53,104 bases of DNA from a virus (IMGVR_UViG_3300044991_002645:1-53104); one strand, 5' to 3'. Counted from the first letter of the stretch, positions 38,855 to 47,913 are shown. The notes: generated by a model not told the origin, from the letters alone. Made by a program: numbers and translations.

Positions 38855-39644
38855 GTCACCTGCGCGGGCTGTCCATCCCGGTCGCTCATCCCATGAGGGC
38901 CTTCCTGTTGTTGTAGACGGCCGCCGCTCCCGCGCCCATGACGGCCCCCGCCGCGGTCTTCCGCCAATCGTGGCCGCCCGAGACGGCCCATTGGGCCAGG
39001 ACCGACGCCAAAGCGCCCACCGCGGCCCCCGATCCGGCCCAGGCGGCCTGGCCGGCCCAATCCACCCCCGCCGGAACAGCGGTTTTTTCGGAGGTGGCTG
39101 TTTTAGACTTATTAGCAGCCACACTCTTGGCAGCAGCCACACTCTTGGCAGCAGCCTTATTGACTATGTCTTGTTTCAGCCTTTGGAGTCCTTCATGATT
39201 TGTGCCCGAACCATCGGGCATCCCTTTTAAGAGAATGGCTTCAAGAGTCTGTTTCTCAACGAACAGCTTCTTCAGGGCTGCTGTATCCTCTCCGCCAATA
39301 AGGGGTGCCGCCCTTTCGTATACGGACTGGAGGCCCTTATAAGCCTTGCGGAACTCCGCCGCATCCGCGTTTATCTTCTCCGTCGGGGTCTGGCCCCCGG
39401 GCCTGCCGCCCTGCATGACTTGATCCGGCATGGCGCGCTTCTCGAGATACCCGCCCATGAAACTGGTGGTGTAGAGATTATCCATTTGGCAATTCCCCTT
39501 CGCGTTGTTTGATCGAGGGGGGGGCCGATTCCGGCCCCTATCCCTAATATAAGCCTTGTCACCTGCGCGGGCTGTCCATCCCGGTCGCTCATCCCATGAG
39601 GGCCTTCCTGTTGTTGTAGACGGCCGCCGCTCCCGCGCCCATGA
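38855..39644. repeat. Perfect 87-bp direct repeat (38855-38941 and 39558-39644)
   Basis: Identical sequence covering the last 17 codons (MGAGAAAVYNNRKALMG*) and the 3' flank of two adjacent genes. Confidence 0.92.
38886..39485 (-). CDS. Leader-motif protein with a C-terminal glycine zipper
   Basis: MDNLYTTSFMGGYLEKRAM leader. Confidence 0.8.
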   Translation of the reverse strand: MDNLYTTSFMGGYLEKRAMPDQVMQGGRPGGQTPTEKINADAAEFRKAYKGLQSVYERAAPLIGGEDTAALKKLFVEKQTLEAILLKGMPDGSGTNHEGLQRLKQDIVNKAAAKSVAAAKSVAANKSKTATSEKTAVPAGVDWAGQAAWAGSGAAVGALASVLAQWAVSGGHDWRKTAAGAVMGAGAAAVYNNRKALMG

Positions 39645-39894
39645 TCCCCGCTTGGCCTTTGGTGGACTCCCTGTTCTTGAGCGGGCCCTCCGAATTGGTC
39701 GGGGCCACCGTCTCGCGGCGGACGGTCATGTCGGGGACTCCGTCGGCTTTCGAGTCGACCTCCTTGGTGGACCTGTTGGCCACCGAGGCGGCCGGGTGCT
39801 CGTTGCCGACCGGGTTGCCGGGCTGGCCGTTGTTGATCAGGTCGGCGCGCTTCTCGAAATACCCGTTGAGGAATCCGTCTCTGTACAGGCTCAT
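39589..39894 (-). CDS. Small leader-motif protein
   Basis: AGGAG RBS, then MSLYRDGFLNGYFEKRAD. Confidence 0.75.
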   Translation of the reverse strand: MSLYRDGFLNGYFEKRADLINNGQPGNPVGNEHPAASVANRSTKEVDSKADGVPDMTVRRETVAPTNSEGPLKNRESTKGQAGIMGAGAAAVYNNRKALMG

Positions 39895-39896
39895 GT

Positions 39897-40481
39897 CTAT
39901 CTCCTGGATTGCTGGCGTTGCGTGTCGGCGCTGGCCGCGCCGGAGGGGGTTCCAGCTCCGATCGAGCCCAGCCAACCTTGTATGGCCCCGCTGGCCTTGT
40001 TGCCGGCGTTGGATATGTCGGCCCTCGCTTTGGCAGACGCGGTGTTGACTTTGTCGGTCAGCTGCCGGGCCAGGGTGTCCCCCTTGATCCTGGGCAGGGC
40101 TTCGGCGCCCGCCTCGAGCGTGGCGTTGGCCACCTGCCCGCCGGAGCGGATCAATTGCTTGTTTATCTCGGTGCCCTTGTTCAGGTAGTTGGTCAGGAAA
40201 TTGCTGATCAGCGGCGCGTTGTGGCTCACGGCGGTGTCGACGGCGGGGGCCAGGTTGTCGGCGGCCGTGTTGACCAACTCGATCTGCGGCATGGCTGTGT
40301 TGACCAGATCCATGGCGTTGCGGTCGGCCGTGGTTGTCAAGTCCTTGCCCAGGCCCTCGGCCTTGCGCGCGACGTTCATGGACGTCCGCTCCCAGGGTGT
40401 GGGGACCGCCTGCTCCTCGTCGACGTCGGCCGCGCTCTTGTGCAGGTAACCCTCCATGAATCCAACTTTGTACGTTCCCAT
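39897..40481 (-). CDS. Leader-motif helical protein
   Basis: AAGGAG RBS, then MGTYKVGFMEGYLHKSAAD. The ORF-track start at 40712 is too far upstream. Confidence 0.8.
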   Translation of the reverse strand: MGTYKVGFMEGYLHKSAADVDEEQAVPTPWERTSMNVARKAEGLGKDLTTTADRNAMDLVNTAMPQIELVNTAADNLAPAVDTAVSHNAPLISNFLTNYLNKGTEINKQLIRSGGQVANATLEAGAEALPRIKGDTLARQLTDKVNTASAKARADISNAGNKASGAIQGWLGSIGAGTPSGAASADTQRQQSRR

Positions 40482-40494
40482 GATGCTCCTTTGG

Positions 40495-41328
40495 TTATTT
40501 GCCTTTAGTCCGATACTCGTTCCATAGTTTAGAAACCTTGGCGCCGGCCTGGCCGGCCAGGTTGTAGGCTCCTTCAGTGACCGACCACGCCTGGCCAAGG
40601 GGTTTGCCCGAGGCCACCGAGTGGGCGTACGCGAACACCGGCGACCGCCTGGCCGTTGTGTCGGCCGCGGCGAGCGCCACCTCCTTGACCGCCCTGCCCG
40701 CGCCGCCGTCAAGCCAGCCGCGCAGCTTGTCGAGCGGGCGCTCCCGCTTGTCCTGCGCGAGGGCCCTGTACGCGGACTCGACCGCGTTCAACGCGGAATA
40801 GCCTTGGGCCTCCCACGCCCTCCTGGGGTCGTGCACCGTGGCCAGCGCCGCCCGGAACGGATGCGAGAAACCCCCAAGCGCCTGGCTGGCCTGGCCCGCC
40901 GCCCTTATGTATGACGGATACGACAGTTCGCCCTTGACGTCGGGGGTCAGCCTGTCGTGGTACACGTTCCAGGCCGTCTCGCCCGTGAGCTCTCCCGAGA
41001 AGGGGGTGGTGGTGGAGGTCACCCCGTCGGCTATGCCCTGCAACCCCCACACCACGGGCGAAACCCTCGCGCCCAGCTTGGCAGCGGCCCACGCGTCGAC
41101 CGCGGTGGCCGCCAGCGGGGTCAGCGCGTTCTGCGCCTCTTTCTCCTTGGCGGCGGCCAGCGCGACGGACTCCGCCGAGGCCATGGCTGCGCCGGCCGCG
41201 TCCGCCTCGGTGCGCGCCGCGGGCAGTCCGCCTATGCGTTTGGCCGCGTCGGCCTCGACCCGGCCGGCCGGCGTGTCGGCCGCCGATTTGAGCAGGTATC
41301 CCGCCATGTAGCCCGCAGCGTACATCAT
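40495..41328 (-). CDS. Leader-motif Ala-rich protein
   Basis: AAGGAGG RBS, MMYAAGYMAGYLLKSAAD. Confidence 0.8.
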   Translation of the reverse strand: MMYAAGYMAGYLLKSAADTPAGRVEADAAKRIGGLPAARTEADAAGAAMASAESVALAAAKEKEAQNALTPLAATAVDAWAAAKLGARVSPVVWGLQGIADGVTSTTTPFSGELTGETAWNVYHDRLTPDVKGELSYPSYIRAAGQASQALGGFSHPFRAALATVHDPRRAWEAQGYSALNAVESAYRALAQDKRERPLDKLRGWLDGGAGRAVKEVALAAADTTARRSPVFAYAHSVASGKPLGQAWSVTEGAYNLAGQAGAKVSKLWNEYRTKGK

Positions 41329-41381
41329 GCCCTCCTTGGTTTAGGCAGTCGGTCCCATCCTGTAATATAAGCCGCGGCGCG

Positions 41382-41681
41382 TCATTCCCCGGAGTTCGAG
41401 TCGCAATCCGGCTCCGCCCGCTTGACCAGCGCTTTGGCCATCATGGCCAGCGTGAGGTTCCTCTTGTCCATGGCGGACGCGGGCATGGACCCCCCGAAGT
41501 GGTTTTGCGCTCCAATGGCCAGATCAACCATGTCCAGCTCGTCCAACCCCTGCGAGGCCGGCGGCTTGCCTGGTTTGAGGGCGCCCAGGCCGGCCTCCCC
41601 GGCGTGGCGCGCCAGCGCCTAGTTCAACTTCGTTTGACGTCTCTCGATAGTCGGTCCAACCTCTAGCCCGGTCCGGTACAA
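41382..41681 (-). pseudogene. Degenerate leader gene with an acyl-carrier-protein-like segment and an internal TAG
   Basis: TTG-YRTGLEVG..., TAG at 41619-41621, then ...QGLDELDMVDLAIGAQNHFGGSMP...*, which resembles the ACP GxDSLDxVEL motif. Confidence 0.35.
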
Positions 41682-41690
41682 GCCGCACGG

Positions 41691-43160
41691 TCACTCCCGC
41701 TCGGTCGATCCAGCTGCTATGGAGGCGGGTGCGCCGACGCCGCCCACCACGTAAGGCAGCGTGCGTGACAGCAGTCCGGACAGCGTCCGCCTGTCCTCCG
41801 GCGTGGACGTCGCTAGATCCGGATAGATGTGGTGCAGGCCGTAGCCTAGCGCCGCGGCCTGCGGATCCACTTCGGTCACAGCCGCCGCCTCGTCGAGTTT
41901 GCCATCCAGGATGGGCCGGTAGGACTCGGCTAGCCGCTGCGCGGGGGTCTTGGCGTAATCCTCCGCCCCGGCCGCCATTCCGCGCTCGAAAGCCTTGACG
42001 TCCCTGCCGTCCCATGTCGGTCTGACGGGCACGGGCGCTGGCGCCTTAATCCCCTGGAAAGTCACTCCGCCGGCCGGGTTGTTGGCCAGCGAGGCCTTCA
42101 TCCCGGACAGCACGGGCAGCAGCTCCGCGCCGATGCCGTACCCACCCTTATCCGCGATGAACTTCTGCATTTCGTCGAACGCGCCGCCGACTGGCGGGGG
42201 CGACCGCAAATCGAACGCGGCCAGCGGATGTTCGCCCGGCACGGCCGTCCTCGGGGCCCTGCTGACGGCGGCGTGCGCTACCTCGTGCGCCAGGGAGTTT
42301 GGATCCCCGACGCCGTTCAATCCAACCCCCTCGCTCATTTTGTAGGAGCCGTCCGGATTGGGAACTACGCTGCGCAGCGAAATTTTCGCAGGTTGGCCCG
42401 GAACTGGCGCCATGGTAACGCCGGTCCACCCGGCCATCGGGTGGCCGGCCAGCGACGCCTCGTCGGTGTCTGTGAGCCGGTATGATCGGAATGGCACGCC
42501 GTCGCTAAAGTTCCGACCGTCCGCTCGATTGTCCTGCTTACCGCTGTCGCCTGGCGACCGCTTGTACGGACCTATGGGTTGGTTGGACTCCAGCCAAGCG
42601 GCGTCCTCCGGACTCAGCCTAGATCTGTTGTCCTCTACGGACTTCACGTAATCCTCGCCGTGTATTCCTTTAACGAACCTGTCTCGCTGGTTGTAAGAGC
42701 CCTCGATGGCCGAGGGGATGTGCAATCTTCTTGTGTAGGCTCCCTCGCCCGCCGCGAGCTGATCGGTAGTCAACTGCACCGTGGGCTCATAGTTTCCGAG
42801 CCGGTAGCCTTCCGCGGCCACGGCCGGTCTAAGCTGGCTCGGCTTGAACGGCCAGTTGGTCATCGGCTGATCGTAGCCTATAGGACTCGAAGGGAGCAAC
42901 GCCGAGTATACGCCGTCGCCGCCTGGAAATCTATCGGCGGCCGTGCGCATAGCCCCGGACTCCAGCCCGGGCGACGGTTTGGTGGTGTCCGACTTGACCG
43001 CCCATATCTCATCCGAGATGGTCTTCGGATCTTTAACCGTATCGGTGGTGCCCCCAGGCTTCTCGATCGGAACCGTTTTCTTTTTGCCGAGAAGACCGGA
43101 CCACAAAGCCGCCTCTTTGCTCAAGTACCCCGTCTGATGGCCTAACGCGCGCATGTCCAT
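41691..43160 (-). CDS. Leader-motif protein with an HExxH zincin-like domain
   Basis: GHQTGYLSKEAA leader; LAHEVAHA with a downstream ELLPVLSGMK. Confidence 0.75.
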   Translation of the reverse strand: MDMRALGHQTGYLSKEAALWSGLLGKKKTVPIEKPGGTTDTVKDPKTISDEIWAVKSDTTKPSPGLESGAMRTAADRFPGGDGVYSALLPSSPIGYDQPMTNWPFKPSQLRPAVAAEGYRLGNYEPTVQLTTDQLAAGEGAYTRRLHIPSAIEGSYNQRDRFVKGIHGEDYVKSVEDNRSRLSPEDAAWLESNQPIGPYKRSPGDSGKQDNRADGRNFSDGVPFRSYRLTDTDEASLAGHPMAGWTGVTMAPVPGQPAKISLRSVVPNPDGSYKMSEGVGLNGVGDPNSLAHEVAHAAVSRAPRTAVPGEHPLAAFDLRSPPPVGGAFDEMQKFIADKGGYGIGAELLPVLSGMKASLANNPAGGVTFQGIKAPAPVPVRPTWDGRDVKAFERGMAAGAEDYAKTPAQRLAESYRPILDGKLDEAAAVTEVDPQAAALGYGLHHIYPDLATSTPEDRRTLSGLLSRTLPYVVGGVGAPASIAAGSTERE

Positions 43161-43221
43161 GACGTCACCTTTCACTAACACGATACCACATCGGTCCGCT
43201 GAACCGTTCAGCGGCTTCGAA

Positions 43222-43998
43222 TCAGTCCGCAGCCGCCGGCTGCTGGTCCTTAGTCCAAAAAGCGCCTCCGAGATTGGCCAGTCCTTGAATGGCCTGCGGA
43301 TTCAACATATCCCAGGCGCCGGCGGCGGCGCCCTTGGCCGCGGAGCCAACTACGCTGGTCCCGGAGCCGTCCAGGCTGTCGGTGGCCGCGGCGGAGCCCC
43401 ACGGCGCGTTGTCCATCAGGTTGTGGCCGGTCTGCTGGGCGTAGCCTTGGACTCTGTCCACCCACGAGTCCGAGTTCATAAGTTGGCCGTTCTCGTCCTC
43501 CAAAGTCTTGTTCCACTTCGCTGCGGCCGAGGCCGCGTCGAGATCGGCTCCGGCGTATGGGTTCCAGCTGGCTTTCACCGCCTGGCCCAGGCCGCGCACA
43601 GCCGTAGTGCCCAGCTCCGCGGCGAGCAGCGGCGGCGCGGCGTACGCCCACGGCGCCCAGGCCGTCGGATTTACCGCAGCCAGCTGGTGAGCGTGGGCTA
43701 TCCACGGGGCCACCCTGCCGGACTGCTCCAGCATCTGCCCGCCCATGTCGGCCGCCATAGCTCCGAGACCCAACGGCGCCGACGGCACGTATCCGCCGGC
43801 CGCGTTCTGCTCCACCGGCATGTTGCCGTCATCCAGGAACGAGAAGAATGGATTGTCCAGGCCAAAGGTCAGCTTGGGCCCCAGGTTGGAGGCCTGCCTA
43901 TTCCTGTTGGCGAGGGCGGACCTGGCCTGGACCGGGTTCATGGGGCCGGCCGCCTCCTTGCCGTAGCCGTGTAGAAAACCTTGCTCGTAGAGTGTCAT
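43222..43998 (-). CDS. Leader-motif hypothetical protein
   Basis: MTLYEQGFLHGYGKEAA. Confidence 0.8.
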   Translation of the reverse strand: MTLYEQGFLHGYGKEAAGPMNPVQARSALANRNRQASNLGPKLTFGLDNPFFSFLDDGNMPVEQNAAGGYVPSAPLGLGAMAADMGGQMLEQSGRVAPWIAHAHQLAAVNPTAWAPWAYAAPPLLAAELGTTAVRGLGQAVKASWNPYAGADLDAASAAAKWNKTLEDENGQLMNSDSWVDRVQGYAQQTGHNLMDNAPWGSAAATDSLDGSGTSVVGSAAKGAAAGAWDMLNPQAIQGLANLGGAFWTKDQQPAAAD

Positions 43999-44071
43999 AT
44001 TTTAAATCCCTCACCTTTTGAGTAGCGCCCGGCCTATGTTCTGCGCCGAGATGGATCCCTCATCCAGTTTT

Positions 44072-44896
44072 TTAGCATTGGCCTGATCGATGGCGAAGCT
44101 CTTCAAGAGCTCCCCCGTCGACTCGCTGTGGACCCCGCACTCCCATACGCGCGTAACCCAGCAAACCCAGCGCGGCCGCGCCGCCGGCCCCACCTACAAG
44201 GGCCCCCTTGGTGTCGCCGGCCTCCGTGAAGGGCATGCCGCCCATGGCGAGCCCCGCGGCCGCCGACACGCCCTTATCTTTGACCGATGCCTGCTTGCCC
44301 ATGTATCCGGCCCTGAATCCGATTCCGCGCGCCTGCTTGTCCATAGTGGTCTCCAGTTGTTTTATGTATTGCGGCGGCACGACGCCCCCCTTGACCATCA
44401 CCCTCGGATGCCTGACGCCCGTGAGCAGCGGGACGCCTTTGGCCCTGTTCGCCCTGACGCGCCTGGCCATGATGGCTGGCGCGGCCATGTTGGCCTCGTC
44501 CATTATCAGTCCGGCCCTGCGCAGGCCCTCGACGTCCACCTCCAGCGGCACCCTGTCCGAGAACGGCCAGCCGTTCCGCTCCAATATGCCGGGGGCCCTG
44601 GCGGCCTGGGCCGGACTGAAGCCGTAGAACCAGTCGCCGCCGGAGTCGGCCAGCGTGTCGCCGCGGATGGCCTTCAAGGCCAGGATGGCCCTGTCGGCGG
44701 CCGGGGCGTCCGGCGGCAGGTCCCCGGCCAGCCCGTCGTACCGCGCCTGGTGCTCCGGGCGCAGCTTGAGCTGCTTGAGGTACCTGGCCAGGTTGGCGGC
44801 GCCCTCGGGGCGGCCTTTGGCGTGCAGGGCCTGGGCGGTCATCAACCCCTCGGCCAGTATGCCGGGCAAGGCCTCCCTGGGCGCGTGGTGTATCAT
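44072..44896 (-). CDS. ADP-ribosyltransferase-like domain followed by an internal leader and glycine zipper
   Basis: HHAPREALPGILAEGL...VPPQYI resembles the H.T...L..IL..GL...IPP.YI frame of Tpt1/DarT-type ARTs. Followed by GFRAGYMGKQA. Confidence 0.5.
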   Translation of the reverse strand: MIHHAPREALPGILAEGLMTAQALHAKGRPEGAANLARYLKQLKLRPEHQARYDGLAGDLPPDAPAADRAILALKAIRGDTLADSGGDWFYGFSPAQAARAPGILERNGWPFSDRVPLEVDVEGLRRAGLIMDEANMAAPAIMARRVRANRAKGVPLLTGVRHPRVMVKGGVVPPQYIKQLETTMDKQARGIGFRAGYMGKQASVKDKGVSAAAGLAMGGMPFTEAGDTKGALVGGAGGAAALGLLGYARMGVRGPQRVDGGALEELRHRSGQC

Positions 44897-44903
44897 GGGG
44901 GCC

Positions 44904-45542
44904 TCAGTTCCGGGGAGCCGACGCCACCTGCCATCCGGCGGACGGGGCCGCGGGCAGGTTGAGGGGCGGATTGGCGGAGGGGGCGGCCGGCTGGTTGTTC
45001 CGATCCGTCCATTTGGGCACGTCGGCCAACTTCAATTTGCCGTTCAGCACCTGTTGGCGGATGTTTTTCCTCGATGCGTCCATGGCGGCCGGGCTCATCC
45101 GGCCCGCGTTGATCCGGGACCACTCCTTGAGGGCTGCGTCGGTCCCTCCGGTGGACCCCACTTTGATTCCCACCTCCCCGGCGCTGCCGTCGGCGTTGGC
45201 CACCCGGCGCTTGTCCCCGGCCCGCGTGTGCGCGGCGTTGTCGTGTATGAGGGCGGGGTCTCCGGCGGGCTCCATGGACAATGGAGTCTGGGGGAGGGGC
45301 TCGTTGCCCGGCGTGTACGGGCTGAGGGTCTCCCCTGGTTTCGGGGATGGGTTGACGCGCTCCCTGTCCTGGAGGTTCAGACTCCCCGACGTGGAGTCGG
45401 CGCGCAGGCCGGGGGCGGCGGGGCTGGCCGCGGGCCGGGCCGACTCCGACCAGGCCTGCGACGGTTTGGCCGGATCCCTCAATTCGTCGCCGGCCTCTTT
45501 GCGGAGGTAGCCCTGCCTGAATCCAATGGTCAGCATGTTCAT
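44904..45542 (-). CDS. Leader-motif low-complexity protein
   Basis: MNMLTIGFRQGYLRKEAG. Confidence 0.75.
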   Translation of the reverse strand: MNMLTIGFRQGYLRKEAGDELRDPAKPSQAWSESARPAASPAAPGLRADSTSGSLNLQDRERVNPSPKPGETLSPYTPGNEPLPQTPLSMEPAGDPALIHDNAAHTRAGDKRRVANADGSAGEVGIKVGSTGGTDAALKEWSRINAGRMSPAAMDASRKNIRQQVLNGKLKLADVPKWTDRNNQPAAPSANPPLNLPAAPSAGWQVASAPRN

Positions 45543-45544
45543 GG

Positions 45545-45898
45545 TCACACCCCCTGCGAAGGCTGCGCCGGGCCCTTGGCCGCGGGTTTGGCGGCCGTGG
45601 CGAACTGCCCGGCCAGCTCCTTGCACTGCGTTATCTCGGCGTCCAGCTGCACTTTCTGCTGCTCGAGCTGGGTGACCTTCTGCTGGACCTGCATCAACTG
45701 ATCGGGCGTCAGGGCCGGGGTGGCCTGCGGCTGCTGGGCGGTGGGCTCGGGCCCATTGGTCATCCCTGCGGCTGTCTGCTCGGCGGGGGCCGCCTGCTGC
45801 AGCAGGCCCGACGTGGGCAGCTGGGGCTGCTGGGGCTGCTCGCCCTCCGCTCGCTTTTCGAGGTATCCTCTCATGAAACCTGTGGTGTACAAACTCAT
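45545..45898 (-). CDS. Leader-motif Gln-rich coiled-coil protein
   Basis: AAGGAG RBS, MSLYTTGFMRGYLEKRAE. Confidence 0.8.
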   Translation of the reverse strand: MSLYTTGFMRGYLEKRAEGEQPQQPQLPTSGLLQQAAPAEQTAAGMTNGPEPTAQQPQATPALTPDQLMQVQQKVTQLEQQKVQLDAEITQCKELAGQFATAAKPAAKGPAQPSQGV

Positions 45899-46017
45899 CG
45901 GGGCTCCTTTTAGGTTGGGGGCCGTGGCGGCCCGTTGCTTATAATATAACGTCGAGCGGTCCTCCGTGGGATTACGCCGGAGGCGAATTCCCGCTCCATG
46001 GAACTCCCCATAATCGA

Positions 46018-46053
46018 CTATCCCGCGTTGAAACCCATCGCCATCCAGTCCAT
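46018..46053 (-). pseudogene. Leader-only remnant MDWMAMGFNAG*
   Basis: Strong RBS GGGAGG; the TAG falls exactly where the motif Tyr is expected. Confidence 0.5.
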
Positions 46054-46119
46054 CGAAACCTCCCTGTTTAATTTCAAACTTGCCACGCGCGCATGACGGG
46101 TGGCGCGCGCGGCCTCATT

Positions 46120-47913
46120 TCATCGTTTATCCGCCATTAAATAGCCCGTTCCAGCCCCGATGGCCGCGCCGCCGGCGGCCCCCATCCCGGCGCCTTGCCA
46201 TCCATATGTCAGATATCCCAGCCCGCCTCCCGCGGCCAACCCGGCCAACGCCCCGAGCAAGACGGGGCGGGACAAGGATCCCAGGGCGGCATCCGCCGCT
46301 TTGGTCGAGATTCCCTGCTCCGCCACCCCGGTCCGCGCCGGCTGCTCCTCCCGCGTCGTCGGCGGCTCACTCCCTGCCAATGGGCCATCCGGATACGGGG
46401 CGGCATCCGCCGCTTTGGTCGAGATTCCCTGCTCCGCCACCCCGGTCCGCGCCGGCTGCTCCTCCCGCGTCGTCGGCGGCTCACTCCCTGCCAATGGGCC
46501 ATCCGGATACGGGGCGGCCTCTCCGGCGGGCTCGGGCGCCATCATCTCCGCCAAAGACCCGTTCCCCTGGCCGGAGTAGGCGTCCACATACGAGGCGAGC
46601 ATGACTGGAAGCGACGCGGCCGCTGCCGATGGATACACCACACCCGCCCTCAGCATCAACCTGCCGTCGGGGCTCCTCAAAGTGGTCGACGTGGCGTGGC
46701 GCGCCATGCGCCCCATGGTCCCCAGGACGAGGCCCCAATCCTTTTTTGTCCAATCGAACAAGCGGGCGTCGAGGTTCATCAAATTCGGATGGGCAGCGGC
46801 GGCCGCCTCCCCGGACTCGCCTAGGATTTTGATCTGGCCCTTGCCTAGGTCGAACCCGTACCTCTCCGGGCCCTTGGACGCCACCTGGGGTTTGGGCCCC
46901 GGCTCGGCGTGATTCACGCCCTTCCGCAGTCCCATGATAAAGTCGGTGGCCCACTTCCTGGGGCCCGCGGCGGCCTTCTCCACGCCCCCGGGACCCCCGT
47001 TCGAGGCCAGCGTGAAGTCCCAGGCGGCCTTCAAAGGCTCGTCCCACATCTCGCCCATGTAGGCGTCGTCCATGGCCTCGGGATCCCTGCCGTAGAAGGT
47101 CCGCCAGGCCCCCCTCGCCCCGGTGGAGCGGGCCAGCGCCATGCGGGCCTTGTGGGCGTCCGCCGACTCGCCCGGCCGCGGCCGGCGCGCCAGCATGTCC
47201 CTCAACCGCGTCATCGAGGCCTTGTGACCCTTGGCCGAGGGATCAGCCTCCCAGTCCACCCCCATCAGCCTGCCCGACGTCTTCAGGGCCGACATGGTGG
47301 CCGCCAGCTCGCCGGGGACTCCCGTTCCCTCGTCGAACCCGTGGCGCAGGCTGTAGGCCTTGCGCGCCCGGAGCAGGTCGGCCCCGCGGCCCGGGTTGGC
47401 TCCCGGCCGCAGCGCGTCCGGCCCTCTGGGGGCGCCCCGACCCCCCGCCGACGCCTTGCGTGGATTCCCCAGCGCGTGGGCCAGCTCGTGGAGGAGGGTC
47501 TCCCTGTCCCCCCAATACCCCGGCGAGATGGTCACGCCGTCCTCGCCCACGTGGTAGCCCCCCTTGACCTTGGGGCGGTTGGCCCCCTCGGCCATCACGA
47601 TGGGGGCGTCCAGCCTGGCCGGGTCCTGGACAACGCCGTAGTCCGCGGCCAGCTGGCCGAACACCGTGCCCCCGGCGTCCGAGCGCGCCTTCAGCACGGC
47701 CCGCTCCACGTCGGCGAAATTCTGGCCGGTGCCGAAATCGTCCAGGGCCTTTTGGATGTGCGCCCTGGGCGTGGTGGTGAATTTGTAGTCCCCGAAATGG
47801 CCCCTGGCCGGATAGTCCGGGACCACCTGGGGGCCCCCTCCCCCCAGCGTAGACTCTTTGGCCTGCTTGCCCAGCCCGAACGCGTATCTTTTTTTTATCT
47901 CCTCGGTCGTCAT
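46120..47913 (-). CDS. HExxH zincin-like protein with a C-terminal glycine zipper
   Basis: True start MTTEEIKKRYAFGLGKQA at 47913. LLHELAHA...ELAATMSALK, internal EKAAA, terminal GYLTYGWQGAG zipper. Confidence 0.8.
   Translation of the reverse strand: MTTEEIKKRYAFGLGKQAKESTLGGGGPQVVPDYPARGHFGDYKFTTTPRAHIQKALDDFGTGQNFADVERAVLKARSDAGGTVFGQLAADYGVVQDPARLDAPIVMAEGANRPKVKGGYHVGEDGVTISPGYWGDRETLLHELAHALGNPRKASAGGRGAPRGPDALRPGANPGRGADLLRARKAYSLRHGFDEGTGVPGELAATMSALKTSGRLMGVDWEADPSAKGHKASMTRLRDMLARRPRPGESADAHKARMALARSTGARGAWRTFYGRDPEAMDDAYMGEMWDEPLKAAWDFTLASNGGPGGVEKAAAGPRKWATDFIMGLRKGVNHAEPGPKPQVASKGPERYGFDLGKGQIKILGESGEAAAAAHPNLMNLDARLFDWTKKDWGLVLGTMGRMARHATSTTLRSPDGRLMLRAGVVYPSAAAASLPVMLASYVDAYSGQGNGSLAEMMAPEPAGEAAPYPDGPLAGSEPPTTREEQPARTGVAEQGISTKAADAAPYPDGPLAGSEPPTTREEQPARTGVAEQGISTKAADAALGSLSRPVLLGALAGLAAGGGLGYLTYGWQGAGMGAAGGAAIGAGTGYLMADKR
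46284..46518. repeat. Perfect in-frame 114-bp tandem duplication
   Basis: Two copies of AAPYPDGPLAGSEPPTTREEQPARTGVAEQGISTKAAD. Confidence 0.92.

Noticed and set aside
41619-46020. TAG stop-codon reassignment, suggested by two in-frame TAGs in leader remnants
   Set aside because: TAG cleanly ends intact genes (2365, 4685, 18192, 34314, 37930, 39897), and the long genes contain no internal TAG.
46082-46113. GC hairpin after gene 46120 as a terminator
   Set aside because: It lacks an adjacent U tract, and GC-rich stems arise easily by chance in this DNA.
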